From: an uncultured virus (IMG/VR IMGVR_UViG_3300000116_000008)
Taxonomy: Duplodnaviria > Heunggongvirae > Uroviricota > Caudoviricetes
IMG/VR virus record: IMGVR_UViG_3300000116_000008
Direction: 5' to 3' (one strand)
Length of the DNA: 64,000 bases
Part shown: piece by piece, positions 1 through 9,626 of the stretch
Position numbering within the stretch: the stretch's first letter is position 1
Layout of the letters: every line of letters starts with the position of its first letter
Made by a program: the position numbers and the translations under genes
The notes under the pieces: generated by a model
Databases searched by the model: none
Seen by the model: only the letters and a program-made list of their open reading frames with translations
What the model was told of the DNA's origin: nothing

Positions 1-151
1 CGAAGAGTGGGATGATGAAGAGTGGGATGATGAAGACGAAGATGACGATGAAGAAGACGAAGATGACGATGACGAAGATGAAGAAGATGAGGACGATTCC
101 TGGGACGACGACGAAGAAGAAGACTGGGATGAAGACGAAGAAGATAAATAA
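1..151 (+). CDS. 3' end of an ORF with an extremely acidic C-terminal tail (partial)
   Basis: Frame from base 2 reads EEWDDEEWDDEDEDDDEE...DWDEDEEDK, then TAA at 149-151; not in the ORF track because its start is outside the window. Confidence 0.8.
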   Translation, partial: EEWDDEEWDDEDEDDDEEDEDDDDEDEEDEDDSWDDDEEEDWDEDEEDK

Positions 152-170
152 TTAAAGAAGGGCGAATCTT

Positions 171-1514
171 ATGGCGGACAGATTAGAAGAAAACTTGGGA
201 AAATATCCATATATTACATTAGCTCAAGTAAAAGATTATCTTTCAATTTCAAGTACAACTGCTGATGCTAGGTTGGCTAATGTTATTAATTACGCTACTG
301 GTATGGTCGAGCATTATATTGGACAAGAGGTGTTAGCTAATGACTATCTTGAAATATTTGATGGAGGTAAAACCTCTGTTATGGTATCGCGTTTACCTCT
401 ATCTAACGTTTATCAAGTAACAGAGTTTAATGGGGTAGAGGATCAAGTTTTAGACGATCCGTCTACCATAGGAAGGCCTAACCAATCTGATAGTGATGAT
501 ATGAATATTGTTTTTAAAAATAATGCTCATTTGAACACAAGAGTTAAAAATTTTGGTACATCATCTTTAGAGGTAGGCTTGAATGATTTTATAGAAAGTG
601 GCACCGTACCAGAACAGTTAAAATTTGAAGAGGGTGATTTTACCATTGAGATGTTTATTCGTGTTAATGAGTCGAGTCTACCTGTAAAAGAGCTATTTTC
701 AATTAACACAGACTCGACAAATTCCTTGAAATTTTCTACAAATGGAACAAGTGGTTTAAAAATTGTAAGTACCATAAGCGGAAGTGCTACTACAGTTACT
801 GGTGCTAATACAAATGTACAGACTCAACAATTTGGTCAGCGACATTTTGCTCATGTAGCTGCATCATTCAATGCGCAATCACAAAAAATGTTTTTGTTTT
901 ATAATGGAAACAATATAACAGGAGCTAGCGGAGAAACCTTTGCTGTAAGCAATAATACTTTTACAACTAATGTCAGAATTGGTACAGATTTTGCTGGTTA
1001 TATTGACGAATTAAGAATTTCTGAAATCGCAAGATATTCTGCTGATTTCACTACACCTACAAAAAGATTTAGACCTGACCAAGATACGGTGATGTTAGTT
1101 CATTTTGATGGTAAAAATAACGCTACTACTGCTGAAGATATTCATAACGCAGTTAGCGAATATACTTTTAGTCGTGATATGGGAGAAGTAACACGTGATG
1201 TTGGTTCTGTTGGAGCAAGAGGGTCATACCCTACTTTAAGAAACAATTATCCTTCTTTAACCTTATCAGGACCTCCAGCTTTCCAACCTTTTCCGTCTGG
1301 TGTTAAGGTAGACTATCGTGCAGGTTATGAATCTTCAGATGTTCCACAAGATTTACAAATGGCAACACTTGATGTTATTAAGTTGATCTATAAACAAGAT
1401 CAAGAAAAGAAAGGCTTTTCTTTTGAAGGTGAACGAGGAGAAAAATACTCTCTTGCAGGAACTTTTCCTCCCCATATACGAAGAATTTTAGATTTATATA
1501 GAATCGTGCAGTAA
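171..1514 (+). CDS. head completion/head-tail connector protein with inserted LamG/concanavalin-like domain
   Basis: N-terminal ITLAQVKDYL and C-terminal VDYRAGY..VPQDLQMA..FPPHIRRILDLYR connector motifs; internal DFTIEMFIR..HVAAS..FAGYIDELRIS LamG-like segment. Confidence 0.75.
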   Translation: MADRLEENLGKYPYITLAQVKDYLSISSTTADARLANVINYATGMVEHYIGQEVLANDYLEIFDGGKTSVMVSRLPLSNVYQVTEFNGVEDQVLDDPSTIGRPNQSDSDDMNIVFKNNAHLNTRVKNFGTSSLEVGLNDFIESGTVPEQLKFEEGDFTIEMFIRVNESSLPVKELFSINTDSTNSLKFSTNGTSGLKIVSTISGSATTVTGANTNVQTQQFGQRHFAHVAASFNAQSQKMFLFYNGNNITGASGETFAVSNNTFTTNVRIGTDFAGYIDELRISEIARYSADFTTPTKRFRPDQDTVMLVHFDGKNNATTAEDIHNAVSEYTFSRDMGEVTRDVGSVGARGSYPTLRNNYPSLTLSGPPAFQPFPSGVKVDYRAGYESSDVPQDLQMATLDVIKLIYKQDQEKKGFSFEGERGEKYSLAGTFPPHIRRILDLYRIVQ

Positions 1515-2857
1515 TGACAAAAATAAATCCATTATCAATTAAAATTGAAGGATTAGATTTAAAGCTAGGCAATATTGAGCCTTTTGTTGCTGCTGAAAAA
1601 CGAATAACGGTTGCACAGAGAAACCAAATCACTCGTTATATATCAGACTATATTTCTGAAGAAATTGGGCTTGGTCGAAAAATGAGTTCTGGTACTATGT
1701 CTAAATACCTAACTCCCCAAGCTGCCCCTGATGGACAAATTGATACAGAACAATTTTTTAATCTTACTGGTATTAAAGTTAGTCAAAGTTCCGTACTTAA
1801 AGATGAAGCTCAACAAGCTACTTTTGAGACAAAAGTTGGTAAAGTGGGTGGCGACGTATCATTTACTGCAATAGATGTTGGTGGAAAAACTAATAAACCA
1901 GGGTTTGAAGCCATTTCAAAAGCATCACAAGATTTTGGAACATCGTACATATCAGGCATAAAAGCTTATCAGTTTTTAGAAAAAGCACCTGAAGTGGCTG
2001 AAGAATTTAAACGTTTAAAAGGTTCTTTGACACAAAAAATGGAAAACTTACTTTTAGTAAAAATAGTAGATGCTGATAAAGGCAAAGGTAAACGAACTGA
2101 ACTAAGTTTTATTAAAAATCCTTTAAAAGGGTTAGATTTTAATAACCCAACAACATTCACAAATTTTATATCATTAAGAATTAGACCTAGAACAAAAAGT
2201 GTAAACGGCTCTAGTGAAAAAACAGTTACTGCTTATAGAATCGAGGCTAAAGCGACTAGTAAATTACTAAAATCTTTTGATTCTAAAAGAATTACTGATA
2301 AAGTTATTAAAGCTCATTCAAATGCTTATTCAACTGGTTTACAAAAGTACGTATTTAGCAGATTAGATAAATTTGTTAAGAGATCTAAAACACGACCAAA
2401 TAATGAACAAATAAGAGCTGTTGCTGCTTATACAGTGGCTCTGGCTAGAGAATTTGAAGCGGGTGGGCAAACACCCTTAGCAACTAAAACAGGGGTACGT
2501 AAGCCAAACTTAAATATCAAGCCTGGTGAATTACGAGTAATTCCTACCAAAAAGCGTGAACGACAAAGTTTCATTTCAGGAGTGCAACTAACTCAATTGG
2601 TACAACGCAGACTAGGTAAAACAATGAGAAAATTTGGTGAACCACAGGCTCCAGAGTTAACTGAACGCTCTGGTAGATTTAGAACAAGTGTTGAAGTAAT
2701 TGCAAACTATAGAAAAAATGTAGTTGCTTATAGATATAACCCAATATACGATAATTTAGATAAGTATGGTTATAAGCCCTCAGAGCAAGTCGGTAAAGCA
2801 ACCCGTGAAGTTGTTCAAACATTGTTCGCGAGAGCTTTCAGTATAGTAAAGGGTTAA
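1514..2857 (+). CDS. putative tail completion protein (T5 p143 position)
   Basis: Lies between head completion and tail terminator genes; C-terminal LTERSGRFRTSV motif. Confidence 0.5.
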   Translation: MTKINPLSIKIEGLDLKLGNIEPFVAAEKRITVAQRNQITRYISDYISEEIGLGRKMSSGTMSKYLTPQAAPDGQIDTEQFFNLTGIKVSQSSVLKDEAQQATFETKVGKVGGDVSFTAIDVGGKTNKPGFEAISKASQDFGTSYISGIKAYQFLEKAPEVAEEFKRLKGSLTQKMENLLLVKIVDADKGKGKRTELSFIKNPLKGLDFNNPTTFTNFISLRIRPRTKSVNGSSEKTVTAYRIEAKATSKLLKSFDSKRITDKVIKAHSNAYSTGLQKYVFSRLDKFVKRSKTRPNNEQIRAVAAYTVALAREFEAGGQTPLATKTGVRKPNLNIKPGELRVIPTKKRERQSFISGVQLTQLVQRRLGKTMRKFGEPQAPELTERSGRFRTSVEVIANYRKNVVAYRYNPIYDNLDKYGYKPSEQVGKATREVVQTLFARAFSIVKG

Positions 2858-2858
2858 T

Positions 2859-3311
2859 ATGGCATCAAGAAGAAAAGAAATAGTACAGTTTATTGTGGGG
2901 CAATTAAAAAATATTGATGGACAAAATTCTACTTATAGTGCATTGTACACTTACAATAATAACTTGTTTGAAAATGTATTCAGAAAATTAAAATTTTTAG
3001 ACGAGGTTAACGACTTTCCTGCGGTATACGTGTCTGCGGGAACCGAAATAAGAAACTTCAATTCTAAAGATTTGACGGTAGCAACATTAGACGTTACACT
3101 AAGAGCATATGTATTTGGAGAAGATAATTCTCAAAGTCTAGCCGATGATTTAGTTCAAGACATTGAACACGTTATATATTCATTGGAGGATAAACCGGAT
3201 ATTGGAATACAGGATATAACCATAGACAATATTTCAACTGATGAAGGTTTAGCTCATCCCTACGGTCTAGCAGAAATAGAATTGACAATAGTCTATAGAC
3301 TAAATAATTAA
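2859..3311 (+). CDS. tail terminator protein (T5 p142-like)
   Basis: LKFLDEVNDFPAVY motif, size, position directly before the tail tube gene. Confidence 0.7.
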   Translation: MASRRKEIVQFIVGQLKNIDGQNSTYSALYTYNNNLFENVFRKLKFLDEVNDFPAVYVSAGTEIRNFNSKDLTVATLDVTLRAYVFGEDNSQSLADDLVQDIEHVIYSLEDKPDIGIQDITIDNISTDEGLAHPYGLAEIELTIVYRLNN

Positions 3312-3322
3312 GGAGAAAGAAA

Positions 3323-4615
3323 ATGGCATCTCTTAACCTACAGAGAAACTCAGAAGTGTTCTTTTCAACTGTTGATATACTTAACGGTGCAGCTATTACT
3401 GACTTGCGTCCAACTAATACTTGGAAACTTGAAGTGTTAGCAGGCTTCGCGGTAACATCATCAGCTGCTACACAAGACATCACTTCATTGGAATCTGGTA
3501 CAGACCCAGACAGATCACAACAGCGATTTAATACAGCTATTAACCCTGTTGACTGGAACTTCCAAACATATTTAAGACCGACCGGTGTACTAACAGGTGC
3601 AGCTGGTGGCACAACTACCGCAGCTACTAATCAGACAGGTAATGTAAAACCGACTGCTGACTGGTTCATGTGGCAATCAATGGTATCTAATACTAAAGTA
3701 GTAGCGACAGATGCTGATGGTTTGCACGAACGTTCTGTTTGGGAAACTGGAGGCAAACTTCGTACAACTACTGTCGCAAAAGGTACAGGATCAAGCGCAA
3801 CTAAGTCTAACTTCTCAGCAGCAGTAGAAAATCATATATACTTTAAACTGGATAACGTTATCTATCAAGTATCTAACGCTACAGTAAATCAAGCCACAGT
3901 TGACGCAGGAATAGAAGAAATTGCTACAACTACATGGGCAGGATTCGGTACAACTATGAAAGAAATTACAGGCAGTGCGCGTAATGTTGCTATCTCAGTT
4001 TTTGGAGGAATTTTAAATAATGGTTCAACCATTACAGCTAATTCTAATTTCCAAAAAATGAGTGCCTCTGCTACTGAAGCAGCTGCTTATCACCCATATA
4101 ATCAGATGAACGTAGCCGGATCAGCAAGTACTAACTCATTTATCAAAAATCGTTTAAGTACAATTGAATTTCATCACAAAGCAACTGCAGGAGGATCAGA
4201 CGAGAAGTTTGTTTTTCCAGTAACTGCATTAAGTTTTGATTATAATAACAATATTACATATTTGACACCAGAAGAGATCTCTGCTCTTAATGAGCCGATT
4301 GGTCAGTTTACTGGTTCAAGAGCTATAACAGGTTCTGCAACTATGTATTTAAGAACTGGTGACTTAGAATCAGCTGGTTTCTTAAGAAATATATCAGAAG
4401 ATTCAAGAACTAACTCTGCACAAACATCTAATGCTAATTTAATTATTGGTGGCACAACAGCCCCATATGTAGCATTTCAATTAGATGCGTGTCAGTTTGA
4501 GTTCCCACAAGTTGCTACTGATGATGTTATATCAATGTCAGTAAACTTTGTTGGACAAGAGCCGACTGCTACTAAAGGCGATGGCGGAGAAGTAACTATC
4601 TTTGCTGCAAAATAA
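3323..4615 (+). CDS. major tail tube protein (T5 pb6-like)
   Basis: LNLQRNSEVFFST..RFNTAINPVDWNFQTYLRP resembles the pb6 N-terminus; strong SD AAGGAG. Confidence 0.8.
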   Translation: MASLNLQRNSEVFFSTVDILNGAAITDLRPTNTWKLEVLAGFAVTSSAATQDITSLESGTDPDRSQQRFNTAINPVDWNFQTYLRPTGVLTGAAGGTTTAATNQTGNVKPTADWFMWQSMVSNTKVVATDADGLHERSVWETGGKLRTTTVAKGTGSSATKSNFSAAVENHIYFKLDNVIYQVSNATVNQATVDAGIEEIATTTWAGFGTTMKEITGSARNVAISVFGGILNNGSTITANSNFQKMSASATEAAAYHPYNQMNVAGSASTNSFIKNRLSTIEFHHKATAGGSDEKFVFPVTALSFDYNNNITYLTPEEISALNEPIGQFTGSRAITGSATMYLRTGDLESAGFLRNISEDSRTNSAQTSNANLIIGGTTAPYVAFQLDACQFEFPQVATDDVISMSVNFVGQEPTATKGDGGEVTIFAAK

Positions 4616-4629
4616 TAGCTAAATGATTC

Positions 4630-4735
4630 TGAGGGGGGTCACTAATTTACTAACCATGAGTGCTCATCACTTGCGATTCAGGTCCCCCTCACCTAAGAAA
4701 AGCAGATATGTGATGAGCATTTTTTATTTGAGGGG
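4630..4735 (+). promoter_or_regulatory. structured intergenic RNA (terminator-like hairpin plus pseudoknot/anti-SD)
   Basis: GTGCTCATCAC 4660-4670 pairs with GTGATGAGCAT 4710-4720, followed by a T-run; TGAGGGGGGTC 4630-4640 pairs with GGTCCCCCTCA 4681-4691. Confidence 0.6.
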
Positions 4736-4740
4736 AAACT

Positions 4741-5172
4741 ATGAGTAAAATCAAAAAAATGATGGCAGAAAAATCATCAGTGTGGATAGAGTATCCAGAC
4801 GTTGCTGAATTTTCTGTTAATCTTAACTACTTAACTCGCGAAGACTTAATGAAGATTAGAAATGCGAGTCTTACCTATAAATTTAATAAACGAACTCGCC
4901 AACGTGAAGAAGAAGTTGATAACGACCGTTTTTTAGAAAATTATGCAGAAAAAGCGATAATTGGTTGGAAAGGGCTTAAAGTAAAGCATATGCCTGCTTT
5001 AATGCCAGTTGACATATCAGGAATGGACATCGAAGAAGATGTAGATTATAGTAATGAAGATGCTATAGAGCTTTTAAAAAATTCAACGGTATTTGATCAA
5101 TTTATTACAGATGCTATGAATGATTTTGAGCAGTTTTCAAAGAAAAAAGCTGAAACTGACTCAAAAAACTAA
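4741..5172 (+). CDS. tail assembly chaperone (gpG-like)
   Basis: Position between tail tube and tape measure genes; ends at a slippery A AAA AAC. Confidence 0.8.
   Translation: MSKIKKMMAEKSSVWIEYPDVAEFSVNLNYLTREDLMKIRNASLTYKFNKRTRQREEEVDNDRFLENYAEKAIIGWKGLKVKHMPALMPVDISGMDIEEDVDYSNEDAIELLKNSTVFDQFITDAMNDFEQFSKKKAETDSKN
5163..5169 (+). other. -1 programmed ribosomal frameshift site
   Basis: TCA AAA AAC TAA; the -1 frame reads open (CTA ACT AAC TAC CTT CAG ACT GCT TTG) into ORF 5193-5540. Confidence 0.8.
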
Positions 5173-5192
5173 CTAACTACCTTCAGACTGCT

Positions 5193-5540
5193 TTGCACGG
5201 AGGTGGAGTATCAGCTGAACAGTACTTTGCTATTTGTGAACAGATGGGGGTAGAGCCAAAAGATGAGGAAATTCCAAAAGATCCTTCTAGTTTTTCTTTA
5301 GAGGCTCAACAAGCATTAGTTATAATGAATGCACTACCAGATATCTGGGAAGGCATGAACGGACTCTGGCTAGGTAAAAACTATAACGGTTTATTTGATA
5401 TACTGAAGTTATATCAAATTGACAATAAACGAGAAGTTTTTGAGCTATTAAAAGTTTGTGAGGCTGAATTAGGAAAATATTATGCTCAAAAACGTAAAGA
5501 GCAAGAAAGCTTAGCGAAGGCTAAGTCCAAGAGAGGATAG
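5193..5540 (+). CDS. tail assembly chaperone, frameshifted part (gpT-like)
   Basis: In the -1 frame of the upstream chaperone; no SD of its own. Confidence 0.75.
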   Translation: MHGGGVSAEQYFAICEQMGVEPKDEEIPKDPSSFSLEAQQALVIMNALPDIWEGMNGLWLGKNYNGLFDILKLYQIDNKREVFELLKVCEAELGKYYAQKRKEQESLAKAKSKRG

Positions 5541-5543
5541 CAC

Positions 5544-8500
5544 GTGGCTACAACAGTTCAGAATATTGTCACTAGGCATACTAGTACTGGTGCTAAAAAA
5601 GTACAAAAAGATACAGAGTCAATCGGTAAGGCCCAAACCCGTTTAGGACAAGCTTCTGCTTCTGCAGGTAGGCAGTTTTCTGCACAAGCTACAGGTTTAG
5701 GGGGTATAGTATCAGCCTATGCTGGCGCTGCTGCCAACATCTTTGCTATAACAGCTGCCTTTTTTGCTTTAAGAAAAGCCGCTGAGTTTACTCAAATCGT
5801 TGCAGGTACTCAAGCTCTAGCTTCTGCAATAGGTGCAAGTGCTGATGAATTAATTGCTGATGTACAGTCTATCACAAAATCTCAACTTTCATTATTAGAT
5901 ACAGTTCAACAAGTTAACCTTGGTTTAGTTTCAGGATTTGACTCGTCTCAAATTACAGAACTATCAGATGTCTCTCTAAGAGCTTCTAAAGCCTTGGGAA
6001 GAAACTTAGCAGATGCTTTTCAAAGAGTTGTTCGTGGTGCTGCAAAACTAGAGCCAGAACTATTGGATGAATTAGGTATTTTTACAAGAATTGACCCTGC
6101 TGTTAGAAAGTATGCTGATAGTGTAGGAAGAAGTGTGACTTCTTTAACTAACTTTGAAAGACGTCAAGCATTTGTAAACGAAGTAATCGATGAAGGACAA
6201 CGTAAATATAGAGATGTTGACACCTCGTCAAGGAGCGCAGCTGTGTCCTTACAAGCATTAGCCGCCGCGATAACTGACATTGGACTTAAGTTTGGTGGTG
6301 CTTTAGCAGAGGGGATAGCTCCTTTTGCTGACTTTATTTCTGGAAACGCCTCTAATGCTATTGCTTTATTTGGGGTGTTAGCTCGAGTTGTAGGTGCCCA
6401 AGCTGTAAGTGTGTTTTCAAAAGGTATTGAAAGTGCTGCTGCGTCAATAGAACGCTTTGGACAAAGTGCTGCTTTATCTCTTGATAGGGTAAGTGCAGGG
6501 TATAGAACCGCTGTTCAAGCAGCTATTAACTACTCAACTACTGCTTCTAGGGTTACCAACTTAGGAACTCAACAAGAGAGAGCACTTAAACAAGAAGCAG
6601 TCGCTCTTTTACAGAAAAATGCTGCTCTTGATACTTTAACTAGGGCTCAAATAAAAAATACTATTGCAACACTAGAAAGCGCAATCGCCGCAGAAACAGC
6701 CTTTAAAGCTAGGACAAAATCTGAAGCTTCAGCTAATAGAGCAACTGCATCAATTGATAGGTTGACTGCTTCATTGAAAAAATACCAAGCTGCCCAACAA
6801 TCTGGTATAGCGGGAACTGCCTTATTTGCTGGAGCTTTAGGAAAAATCTCTGGAGGTATTGCTTTAATTGGTAGAGGTATAGCAGGTGTTATAAATATTA
6901 TACTACGATTTACTGTGTTTTTGTCAATAGCACAGTTAGCTTTAGACACTTTAGCAAAGGTATTCGGATTTAAAGAAGTTAAATTACTAGAAACCATTGG
7001 CGATCAATTCAGAAAATTACTAGAGTTTTTTAAAAGTAATACAAAAGCTGTTAATAGTTTTGCTGGCTCTTTTAGAGAGGTAAAAGACTTATTTAAAGAC
7101 ACAGGTTTAACATTGGCAGAATCCAATGAGGTATTTGCAGCGACTCAAAAGGGCTTTGAAAGATTTTTTAATAGTTTGGACAAAAGCCAAGCACAAATTG
7201 CTGCTATTGCTGAACAAACTGAAAAATCACTACAAAATACTTTTGATGACCCTCTCCAAACATCTCTTTTATTAGAAGCTTTTGATCTTTTAGTGTCGAG
7301 GACTTTGGAACTGAAGGCGGCACTAGACTTAACAGGTAAAGATTTAAAAAACTTTGTTGAATTTTTGCCTCAATTAGAAAAAATAAGTGGAGTGGCAGGA
7401 AGCAAACTTGTAAACATACTTACAACTAGTTCACAAAAACTTCCAGAAACTTTACAGTTTAGTGTAGATAACTTAGGACAAATTTTTGTTACAATTGGTA
7501 AAATAGAGACACAACTTACAAAATCAAATGGAACAGTCGTAAGACTTAATTCTGAGTTTAAAAAAGTAGCTCAAGTTGCCCTTGGTTTTGCTAATAAATT
7601 ACTTACTTTTAATGCTGATTTTGCAGAAGGAATTTTAACAGCTGAAAAAGCTGCATCTAGTATAAAAGCACTTGAAAATGAGATTGGAAGGTTGATTGCC
7701 GAAAAAGTAAAACAAGAAAAACTTGGAAATGAAGTAGCAGCCGATAACCTAGCCAAACAGGTTAAAGAGTTACAAATTCAAAAAAGTATAGCAGGTATTA
7801 AAGCTATTCAATTAATAAACTTAGAAAAAGAAAATAAACTATTGGATAAAGTTTTTGGAAAACCACAAGAAAAACTTGATAGACAAAGGTTTACTGGTGA
7901 GATAAACGGACAAGGAGGAATAGCAGCAACACAGGGTGAAAAACAACTTAATCAAGCTAGACTTTTAACTTCGCTTGTAGCTAGACAGGCTGCTCTTTAT
8001 GCTGAATCTGGTTTCAGGCAACAAGCCCTCTATGATCTTAGAGAATTATCGCTTAAAAGACTTCGTGAAATAACAAAAGAAGAACAAGTTCTTGGACTTA
8101 CTGAAGAAAAAAGACGTGCATTAGCCAAAGAAAGAGTTCAACAAGAAAATGCAGTTGATAAATTNGGTGAGANAATTAATAAGGCAAATTCCGCAGGTGT
8201 TGAGATTTTGAAAGCCTCTGAAAATGCTACAAAAAATTTACTGTTATTAAGAGATCAGATACTAATAAAAGCTCGGGAGGAAGTTGATAAACTTAACATT
8301 AAAAAAATTCAACAAGAACAAAAATTATTCGAAATTAATCAAAAAATTAATACAACTCTTGAGAGAAGACAATTAGTAGTCCAAAAGGCCATAACAGCTG
8401 AGCTGATTGCCCAGGGACAAGCTCAAACTAAATTTTTAAAAGACATTGGAGGTTTAACAGCACAAGAGGACATTTCTAGGACTGAAGCAATTAATACTCT

Positions 8501-9626
8501 AAAAATAAGTGTAGCACAAGCTGATAAAGATTTTGCGGATAAGCAGGCAGCTATACAACGTGATATTGCTGTTAAACGTCTTGAAAGCGAAAATAAAAGT
8601 AGAGAAATCCAAGCTAAAACTTCACTAGCTAATGTAAGAGCAATGATTGGAGTGATTAGATCTTTAGATAATTTATCTAATGCGATAAATAAAGAAGCAA
8701 TCAAGCAAGGAAGAAAAAATGTTTCTAATAATTCTAAAGCGTTGAGTGATCTGGTTGGTGAGAATACTTTTAGAACTGGTAGAGTGACTGAAGGAACACT
8801 AGATGGTTTAGTAAGACAGACTGAAGAGAATAATAAAAAAATATTAGGAGCCAATAAGAATTTAGCTGAACAGGACTTTAGACTTAAGATAGACTCAAAT
8901 AGCATGACATTTAAAGCTTTAAAAGCGTCATTAGCTAGAGAACAAGCCCTCAAAGAACAGAGTGCAGAATTAAGTGTTAGACTGTTCAAAGGAGTAAATA
9001 CTGCAGTTAGAGGTAACTTATCCAAAGGTATAAATGATCTCTTTGATGCAATTGCAAACGGCACGCTTACCTTGAAAAATTTTAGAGAAGGTTTTAACCA
9101 ATTCTTATTCAATATAGTAAATGATATAAGAAAACAGTTATTAAAAGAAACACTCACAGACCCTTTATCAGATATGGCGACTGGCGCCTTAAAAGGACTT
9201 TTTAACATTAAAGGTAATACTTCAGCTATAGGAGCTGCAAGTACTAGCGCTTTTAATTCTGGAGTTAATTTACCAGCATATAGTGGTGCTCCTAATTTTG
9301 ATGCCTTTTTTGCTTCAGGAGGACGAGTTAAGCATCTTGCAGCAGGTGGCATGCAACGTGATAGAGTCCCTGCCTTATTAGAGCCAGGCGAGTTTGTAAT
9401 GAAACGTTCAGCCGCACGTTCTATTGGTGAAAGTAATTTAAATGCTATGAACGCAACAGGAAGTGCAGGTAATGTATCAGTTAATATAATTAATCAAGGA
9501 ACGCCACAAGAGTCTACTCAATCGTCACAACCACGTTTTGATGGTGAAAAATTTGTTATCGATATAGTAACAAGAGATTTAAGAAATAATGGACCTATAC
9601 GTAAGTCCTTAAGAGGAGGAAGCTAA
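5544..9626 (+). CDS. tape measure protein
   Basis: 1360 aa, Ala-rich helical; AAKLEPELLDELGI motif; C-terminal DRVPALLEPGEFVM motif. Confidence 0.9.
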   Translation: MATTVQNIVTRHTSTGAKKVQKDTESIGKAQTRLGQASASAGRQFSAQATGLGGIVSAYAGAAANIFAITAAFFALRKAAEFTQIVAGTQALASAIGASADELIADVQSITKSQLSLLDTVQQVNLGLVSGFDSSQITELSDVSLRASKALGRNLADAFQRVVRGAAKLEPELLDELGIFTRIDPAVRKYADSVGRSVTSLTNFERRQAFVNEVIDEGQRKYRDVDTSSRSAAVSLQALAAAITDIGLKFGGALAEGIAPFADFISGNASNAIALFGVLARVVGAQAVSVFSKGIESAAASIERFGQSAALSLDRVSAGYRTAVQAAINYSTTASRVTNLGTQQERALKQEAVALLQKNAALDTLTRAQIKNTIATLESAIAAETAFKARTKSEASANRATASIDRLTASLKKYQAAQQSGIAGTALFAGALGKISGGIALIGRGIAGVINIILRFTVFLSIAQLALDTLAKVFGFKEVKLLETIGDQFRKLLEFFKSNTKAVNSFAGSFREVKDLFKDTGLTLAESNEVFAATQKGFERFFNSLDKSQAQIAAIAEQTEKSLQNTFDDPLQTSLLLEAFDLLVSRTLELKAALDLTGKDLKNFVEFLPQLEKISGVAGSKLVNILTTSSQKLPETLQFSVDNLGQIFVTIGKIETQLTKSNGTVVRLNSEFKKVAQVALGFANKLLTFNADFAEGILTAEKAASSIKALENEIGRLIAEKVKQEKLGNEVAADNLAKQVKELQIQKSIAGIKAIQLINLEKENKLLDKVFGKPQEKLDRQRFTGEINGQGGIAATQGEKQLNQARLLTSLVARQAALYAESGFRQQALYDLRELSLKRLREITKEEQVLGLTEEKRRALAKERVQQENAVDKXGEXINKANSAGVEILKASENATKNLLLLRDQILIKAREEVDKLNIKKIQQEQKLFEINQKINTTLERRQLVVQKAITAELIAQGQAQTKFLKDIGGLTAQEDISRTEAINTLKISVAQADKDFADKQAAIQRDIAVKRLESENKSREIQAKTSLANVRAMIGVIRSLDNLSNAINKEAIKQGRKNVSNNSKALSDLVGENTFRTGRVTEGTLDGLVRQTEENNKKILGANKNLAEQDFRLKIDSNSMTFKALKASLAREQALKEQSAELSVRLFKGVNTAVRGNLSKGINDLFDAIANGTLTLKNFREGFNQFLFNIVNDIRKQLLKETLTDPLSDMATGALKGLFNIKGNTSAIGAASTSAFNSGVNLPAYSGAPNFDAFFASGGRVKHLAAGGMQRDRVPALLEPGEFVMKRSAARSIGESNLNAMNATGSAGNVSVNIINQGTPQESTQSSQPRFDGEKFVIDIVTRDLRNNGPIRKSLRGGS

